Assembly: GCA_965214605.1 (NCBI GenBank)
Contig: OZ243961.1
Coordinates: forward strand, 1,408,001 to 1,472,000
DNA length: 64,000 bases
Direction: 5' to 3'
Source of the DNA: an uncultured Candidatus Binatia bacterium
GTDB taxonomy: Bacteria > Desulfobacterota > Binatia > Bin18
Numbering within the stretch: the stretch's first letter is position 1; each line of letters opens with the position of its first letter. The translations under genes were made by a program, and so were the position numbers. This document shows, one piece after another, positions 59,657-64,000 of the stretch. The notes under the pieces are model-generated. The model searched no databases. It was not told the DNA's origin and saw only the letters and a list, made by a program, of their open reading frames with translations.

Positions 59657-61318
59657 ATGGACAGTCCAGTTCTCGGCATTCTCATCACTCTGCTGTTGGT
59701 GTTGACCAACGCGTTCTTTGTGGCGGCTGAATTCGCCTTGGTCAAAGTCCGTGCCTCACAGATCGAGCTACTGGTCCAGACCGGCAACAAGATGGCTCGC
59801 ATGGCGCAACATCTGATCGCCCATCTTGACGCCTATCTGTCGGCCACCCGGTTAGGTGTCACCCTGGCCTCGCTCGGCTTGGGCTGGATTGGCGAGCCGG
59901 TCGTCACCCGCCTGATTCTCGGCGCTACGGCCTTGGTTGGTCTGCATGTCAACCCCGAACTGGCCCATAATCTGGCCCTACCGGTAGCCTTTCTACTCTT
60001 GACGTTTCTCCGTATTGTGTTTGGTGAGCTGGTTCCCAAATCGCTGGCCATCCAGCGTCCGCGACCCACCGCCCTGGCTGTAGCCTTCCCCCTGTGGCTG
60101 TTCTCGGTGCTGCTGTTTCCCGTTATTGCCGCCCTCAACTGGATGGCCAACAGGGTCTTGTGGCTGCTCGGCATTGAAGCCACCCCCGAGTCTTCCCACT
60201 ACCATTCGAGCCAAGAACTCCGCCTACTGCTTGAGCAGGGTCGCGAGGACAGGACGATTAAGGAAGCCGAGCACAAGCTGATCGAAAACGTGTTTGAGTT
60301 TAGCGAGACGGTCGTCAAAGAAATCATGGTTGCCCGGACGCATATTGTTGCCATCGATATCCACGCTTCCTCAAGCCAACTCCTTAAAACCATGGTCGAA
60401 GAGGGCTATACACGGATGCCCCTATACGACGGCGGCCTGGATAATATCTGCGGCATCGTGCATGCTAAAGATCTGTTCCCGCTGTTAGAGCATACAGACC
60501 TGATTATTCTTCAAGACATCCTGCGACCGGCTTTTTTTGTGCCCGAGACCAAACCGATTTCGCAGCTGCTGCGCGAGTTTCAGCACCGCAAGACGCAGCT
60601 GGCAATTGTGGTCGATGAGTTCGGCAGCACTGCCGGACTGGTGACGATGGAGGATATTCTGGAAGAGCTGGTTGGTGAAATCCAGGATGAGTACGATAAT
60701 GAAACAGCCGGAGTTGAGAAGCTGGCCGATGGCAAGTATGTTATCCGGGGTTCTCTCACTATCTCAGATGTCAACGATCGGCTCGACGATTTTCAGCTTC
60801 CCGAAGGCAACGATTACACCACTCTCAACGGTCTGATCAACAAATGGTTTGGCCGTATTCCGGAAGTCTCCGAGGTGTGTGAGCAAGACGGATTACGTAT
60901 CACGGTGCTCAAGACCGAAAACCACCACATCACCCAGGTTCGGATCGAGCAGAGCAAATCGCACCGTGGGGTGGAGCATCTCTCGCCGCGGCTGACGCAA
61001 CCCAACGGTCATCCGCCTGCTGCGCGGTCAACCTCGGATCGCGCCTCCCACCAACTCCGGGAGGTGTCTAGACTCACGCTGTACACGCGTCCCAACTGCT
61101 CCCTGTGTCATACCATGAAAGCAACCCTGCTCGAGGTCCAGGTTGATACGCCGTTTCAACTGGAGACCATCGACATCTCGACCGACCCTAAGCTGAACGC
61201 CCGCTTTGGCCTTGAAATCCCACTGCTGTATATCAACGGACGGCGCGCATTTATGTATGAACTGAGCGCCGCCGAACTCAGACGGTGTCTGGACCAAGAA
61301 CAGACCTCAGCACCATGA
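59657..61318 (+). CDS. CNNM/DUF21-CBS-CorC (TlyC-like) transporter with C-terminal glutaredoxin-like domain
   Basis: NAFFVAAEFALV, GELVPK, YTRMP, VVDEFG..AGLVTMEDILEELVGEIQDEYD, YTTLNG; then LYTRPNCSLC...IDIS.D...EIPLL. Confidence 0.88.
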   Translation: MDSPVLGILITLLLVLTNAFFVAAEFALVKVRASQIELLVQTGNKMARMAQHLIAHLDAYLSATRLGVTLASLGLGWIGEPVVTRLILGATALVGLHVNPELAHNLALPVAFLLLTFLRIVFGELVPKSLAIQRPRPTALAVAFPLWLFSVLLFPVIAALNWMANRVLWLLGIEATPESSHYHSSQELRLLLEQGREDRTIKEAEHKLIENVFEFSETVVKEIMVARTHIVAIDIHASSSQLLKTMVEEGYTRMPLYDGGLDNICGIVHAKDLFPLLEHTDLIILQDILRPAFFVPETKPISQLLREFQHRKTQLAIVVDEFGSTAGLVTMEDILEELVGEIQDEYDNETAGVEKLADGKYVIRGSLTISDVNDRLDDFQLPEGNDYTTLNGLINKWFGRIPEVSEVCEQDGLRITVLKTENHHITQVRIEQSKSHRGVEHLSPRLTQPNGHPPAARSTSDRASHQLREVSRLTLYTRPNCSLCHTMKATLLEVQVDTPFQLETIDISTDPKLNARFGLEIPLLYINGRRAFMYELSAAELRRCLDQEQTSAP

Positions 61319-61650
61319 CAGACCTCCCCTCCCAAGCCTGCGTCATCCTGGTCACCACTAGTTCGGAGGCCGAGGCTGAAATGATCGCCGCCGCTCTGCT
61401 CAAAGAACGCCTAGTGGCGTGTGTCAATATTCTCGGCCCCATCCGTTCTTTGTATCGCTGGGAGGGCAAGATTACAAACGACCGCGAATGGCTGTTAGTG
61501 ATCAAAAGCCGCGCAGAGCGATTCGTCGCAGTCGAAGCCAGGGTTCGCACCCTGCACTCCTACGAGGTCCCAGAGGTCATCAGCCTGCCGCTGCTAGCCG
61601 GGTCGGTCAGCTATCTGGACTGGATTCTCAAAGAGACAACCTCAGATTGA
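61315..61650 (+). CDS. cutA: Divalent-cation tolerance protein CutA
   Basis: ERLVACVNI...SLYRWEG...HSYEVPEVI...YLDW. Confidence 0.93.
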   Translation: MTDLPSQACVILVTTSSEAEAEMIAAALLKERLVACVNILGPIRSLYRWEGKITNDREWLLVIKSRAERFVAVEARVRTLHSYEVPEVISLPLLAGSVSYLDWILKETTSD

Positions 61651-61724
61651 GGATGGAATGTCTCTCCCGATCCCGCGCTCCGTGCGCTTGTCCTGATCTC
61701 ACTTCAGGTGTACCATTCAAAGCT

Positions 61725-62423
61725 ATGGCAGGCTTCAATGCTCCCTTTCGCCAGCTCCGCAAGCAGACCATCAAACGTCACAAGCAGGCCCAAACCGCTC
61801 GCAAGCCGAAATCTCCCGTTCTCCGGGTCCAGGAGGTAATTGACGACGCCGAGCTGTTCCAGCAAGAGATGAAAGAGGTTATCCCGCTCAACAAGGACGA
61901 CAGCGCGCGGGTCAGCCGCCCGTCCCCAGCTATTTTACGCCGCACTCTGATTGATGAGGAAAACGAGGCGCTAGCCGAACTGTACGACCTGGTTGCCGGC
62001 CGGTCTGAGTTTGATGTCACCGATACCGACGAATATGTAGAGGGTTGTGTCGTGGGTCTGGATACCCGGCTGGTTCATAAACTCCGCCAGGGGGCCTTTT
62101 CCCGCCAAGCCTCACTGGACCTGCACGGCATGACGACAGATGAGGCCCATGCCGAGGTCGAACGCTTTGTGTTAGGAGCGCTGCGCTCCGGCCTGCGCTG
62201 TATTTTGGTCATCCATGGCCGGGGCCGCAACTCGCCCGGCCAGATGCCGGTTCTCAAAGACCGGCTGAAATATTGGTTGACCCGCGGCAAACTGGCCAAG
62301 GTCGTGCTGGCCTTTGCCACCGCCCGGGCCTACGATGGAGGACCGGGTGCCCTGTATATCCTGTTACGCCACGAGCACGCGCCCAAACAACCGCTGATCG
62401 TCTTGGAGGGAGCCAAACGCTAA
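61725..62423 (+). CDS. Smr-domain endonuclease
   Basis: LDLHGMT, VIHGRGRNS...VLK, GGPGALYILL; start moved to ATG 61725. Confidence 0.9.
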   Translation: MAGFNAPFRQLRKQTIKRHKQAQTARKPKSPVLRVQEVIDDAELFQQEMKEVIPLNKDDSARVSRPSPAILRRTLIDEENEALAELYDLVAGRSEFDVTDTDEYVEGCVVGLDTRLVHKLRQGAFSRQASLDLHGMTTDEAHAEVERFVLGALRSGLRCILVIHGRGRNSPGQMPVLKDRLKYWLTRGKLAKVVLAFATARAYDGGPGALYILLRHEHAPKQPLIVLEGAKR

Positions 62424-62455
62424 TGTGTCGGGAATTGTACTGACCGGGAGAGTCT

Positions 62456-63685
62456 ATGGCCGCCGCAGCAGTGTCACGAGCCCCACGTCTCGCCTACACT
62501 GGCGAGACAGGGAACATCTTTATCGCCACCTCTCAGCCGGACCAACCGCAGCAGCTGACCTGGAGTTGGGAAGGTCCGTCCTCAGACGCGTCCGCCCCCC
62601 CGGCGTTGAGCCATGTCTGGCCCAGTTGGTCGCCAGACGGCAGCCGGCTGGCATGCTTTGGCCTGCGGGGAACGGCCGGTCCTGAGGTACGCACCAGTCT
62701 GTACATGATTGCGGCCGATGGCATTGAATCGTGGGAGCTAGCCAGTATTCGCGGCGGCATGCCGATCTACGGCAACTGGTCGCCCCGTGCGGATATGTTT
62801 ACTGCTCTTATCCAGCGGGAGGAAGCCGAACTATCGCTGGAAATCGCTGTCCTGGGCCAACCGGGCGAAATGACGCCTGTGCTGAGCGGCGCGCCGCTGT
62901 TCTGGTCCTGGGCGCCAAGCGGGGAGCGGTTTGCCGCCCACGTCGGCAGTCGCACCAGTTCGGAGCACCCCAGCCGGGTGGTCTTGATCGACGTCGCCTC
63001 ACGACAGATCATTCGCGAGATCTCGGATCGGCCGGGCGACTTTCGGGTACCGGCCTGGTCGCCGACCGAAGAGCTGCTGGTGTATGTCGAGCGGCAAGAA
63101 AACGGTGGCAACATGCTCCGCCTGTTCGACGTGCACAGCGGCCAGACAGCGCCGGTTGCCGTGCTGCCCGGCTCGGTCGCTGCGGTGTGGTCGGCCGACG
63201 GCCAAGCCCTGGCCTTTGGCAGTACCGCTAGGCCGGGCTCCCTGCTGTTTTCCTCCCTGCAGATCCTCGATCTAAGCACAGCCCGGATTGTTTCTCTGTT
63301 GGACGAGACGGATCGGACGATTACGGGCTTCTTCTGGTCGCCGTGTGGTGATGCTCTGCTCTATTTAAGTGTTGATGCCCGCCACAGCCATCTGTGCTGG
63401 CATCAGCTGTCACGTCCTAGTGGGGAAACCCGTGAGCTGGTCCGCTTTTTGCCTAGCCGAGAGCAAACCTTTATCTTTTCGTTTTTTGACCAGTATGCCG
63501 GATCGCATCCGCCCGTCGCCCCGGACGGCAGTGCGCTGGCTTTTGCCGGACATCGTATCGGGCCGGTCGCACTCGACACCGGCTCCCCGGCTCGGGTATA
63601 TATCGTGTCCCTAGACCCGACGGACGCCCCACCCGGAATCCGGGTCATTGGCACTGGAAATTTTGTGTGCTGGGAGGCCCTCTAA
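62456..63685 (+). CDS. TolB-like/PD40 beta-propeller protein
   Basis: Repeated WSPDG/WSP/WAPSG/WSADG motifs. Confidence 0.75.
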   Translation: MAAAAVSRAPRLAYTGETGNIFIATSQPDQPQQLTWSWEGPSSDASAPPALSHVWPSWSPDGSRLACFGLRGTAGPEVRTSLYMIAADGIESWELASIRGGMPIYGNWSPRADMFTALIQREEAELSLEIAVLGQPGEMTPVLSGAPLFWSWAPSGERFAAHVGSRTSSEHPSRVVLIDVASRQIIREISDRPGDFRVPAWSPTEELLVYVERQENGGNMLRLFDVHSGQTAPVAVLPGSVAAVWSADGQALAFGSTARPGSLLFSSLQILDLSTARIVSLLDETDRTITGFFWSPCGDALLYLSVDARHSHLCWHQLSRPSGETRELVRFLPSREQTFIFSFFDQYAGSHPPVAPDGSALAFAGHRIGPVALDTGSPARVYIVSLDPTDAPPGIRVIGTGNFVCWEAL

Positions 63686-63705
63686 GCACTGAACCAGACT
63701 CAAGA

Positions 63706-64000
63706 ATGCAGGCTCCGGAGTCGGGAGCAACACTGTTATTACCCGTCATCATCGCCGGCGGACCGGGAACTAGGCTCTAGCCTTTTTCTCGTACGCGACA
63801 CCCAAAACAATTTCTCCCGTTGGTCGGAAAGAATACGATGCTGCAGGATACCTGCACGCGGCTTGAGGGTCTGGAACAGAACGTCCCTTAATAGTCTGTG
63901 GAAAAGACCGCCGTTTCATTGTCTCTGAGCAGTTGCGCGAAGTGGGCGTTGCGCACCAGGGGATCATACAAGAACCGGCTGGACGTCACACCCCACCCGC
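63706..64000 (+). pseudogene. manC: Mannose-1-phosphate guanylyltransferase, disrupted; runs off the window end
   Basis: PVIIAGGPGTRL*PFSRTRHPKQFL (TAG at 63778 replaces the usual Trp); frameshift near 63885 into PLIVC...FIVSEQL...IIQEPAGR. Confidence 0.82.

Noticed and set aside
18459-63780. Several premature stops are TAG (hsdM 18459, integrase 21177, manC 63778), suggesting amber recoding
   Set aside because: Each is a one-step transition from CAG or TGG, the same genes also have frameshifts or deletions, and TAG terminates many intact genes here.
1-64000. CRISPR array, rRNA or tRNA; long antisense ORFs such as 40992-41768, 44069-44887 and 11290-11955
   Set aside because: No regularly spaced repeats or RNA-gene signatures were seen. 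The antisense ORFs are shadows of well-supported genes in GC-rich DNA.

Overview
Bacterial chromosomal window, moderately GC-rich. The combination of cofC, three luciferase-like monooxygenases (LLM), an amidohydrolase, a Rieske oxygenase and many pseudogenes suggests a deltaproteobacteria-like F420-using heterotroph such as Binatia or Tectomicrobia, possibly host-associated; this lineage call is inference only. 1-14.8 kb is housekeeping: cofC-miaA-accA-pheA-hisC-tyrA-aroA-cmk-rpsA-ihfB-AAA ATPase on the minus strand and thiolase-rsmD-coaD-aspC on the plus strand. 14.9-21.5 kb is a decayed integrative island with broken parA/parG-like, Rpn, hsdM/hsdS and tyrosine integrase genes, in which only a RelE/HTH toxin-antitoxin pair is intact. 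21.5-47.6 kb is catabolic/redox cargo (LLMs, COG0523, NIPSNAP, NSS transporter plus an uncalled 41-aa subunit, Rieske dioxygenase, SDR, MFS, CoA-transferase, carotenoid oxygenase, Mo enzyme) mixed with gene remnants and a MITE-like inverted repeat. 47.6-64 kb holds the best leads: an EndoQ-UvrD fusion with a shortened 2B subdomain facing a PNK-like HAD phosphatase, an uncharacterised Cys/His protein + FIST + small-protein operon, an aminotransferase fused to a degenerate MurF-like ATP-binding domain, and a CNNM/CorC transporter fused to a CxxC glutaredoxin-like domain. No tRNA, rRNA or CRISPR array was seen. All calls come from reading motifs by eye; no searches were run.
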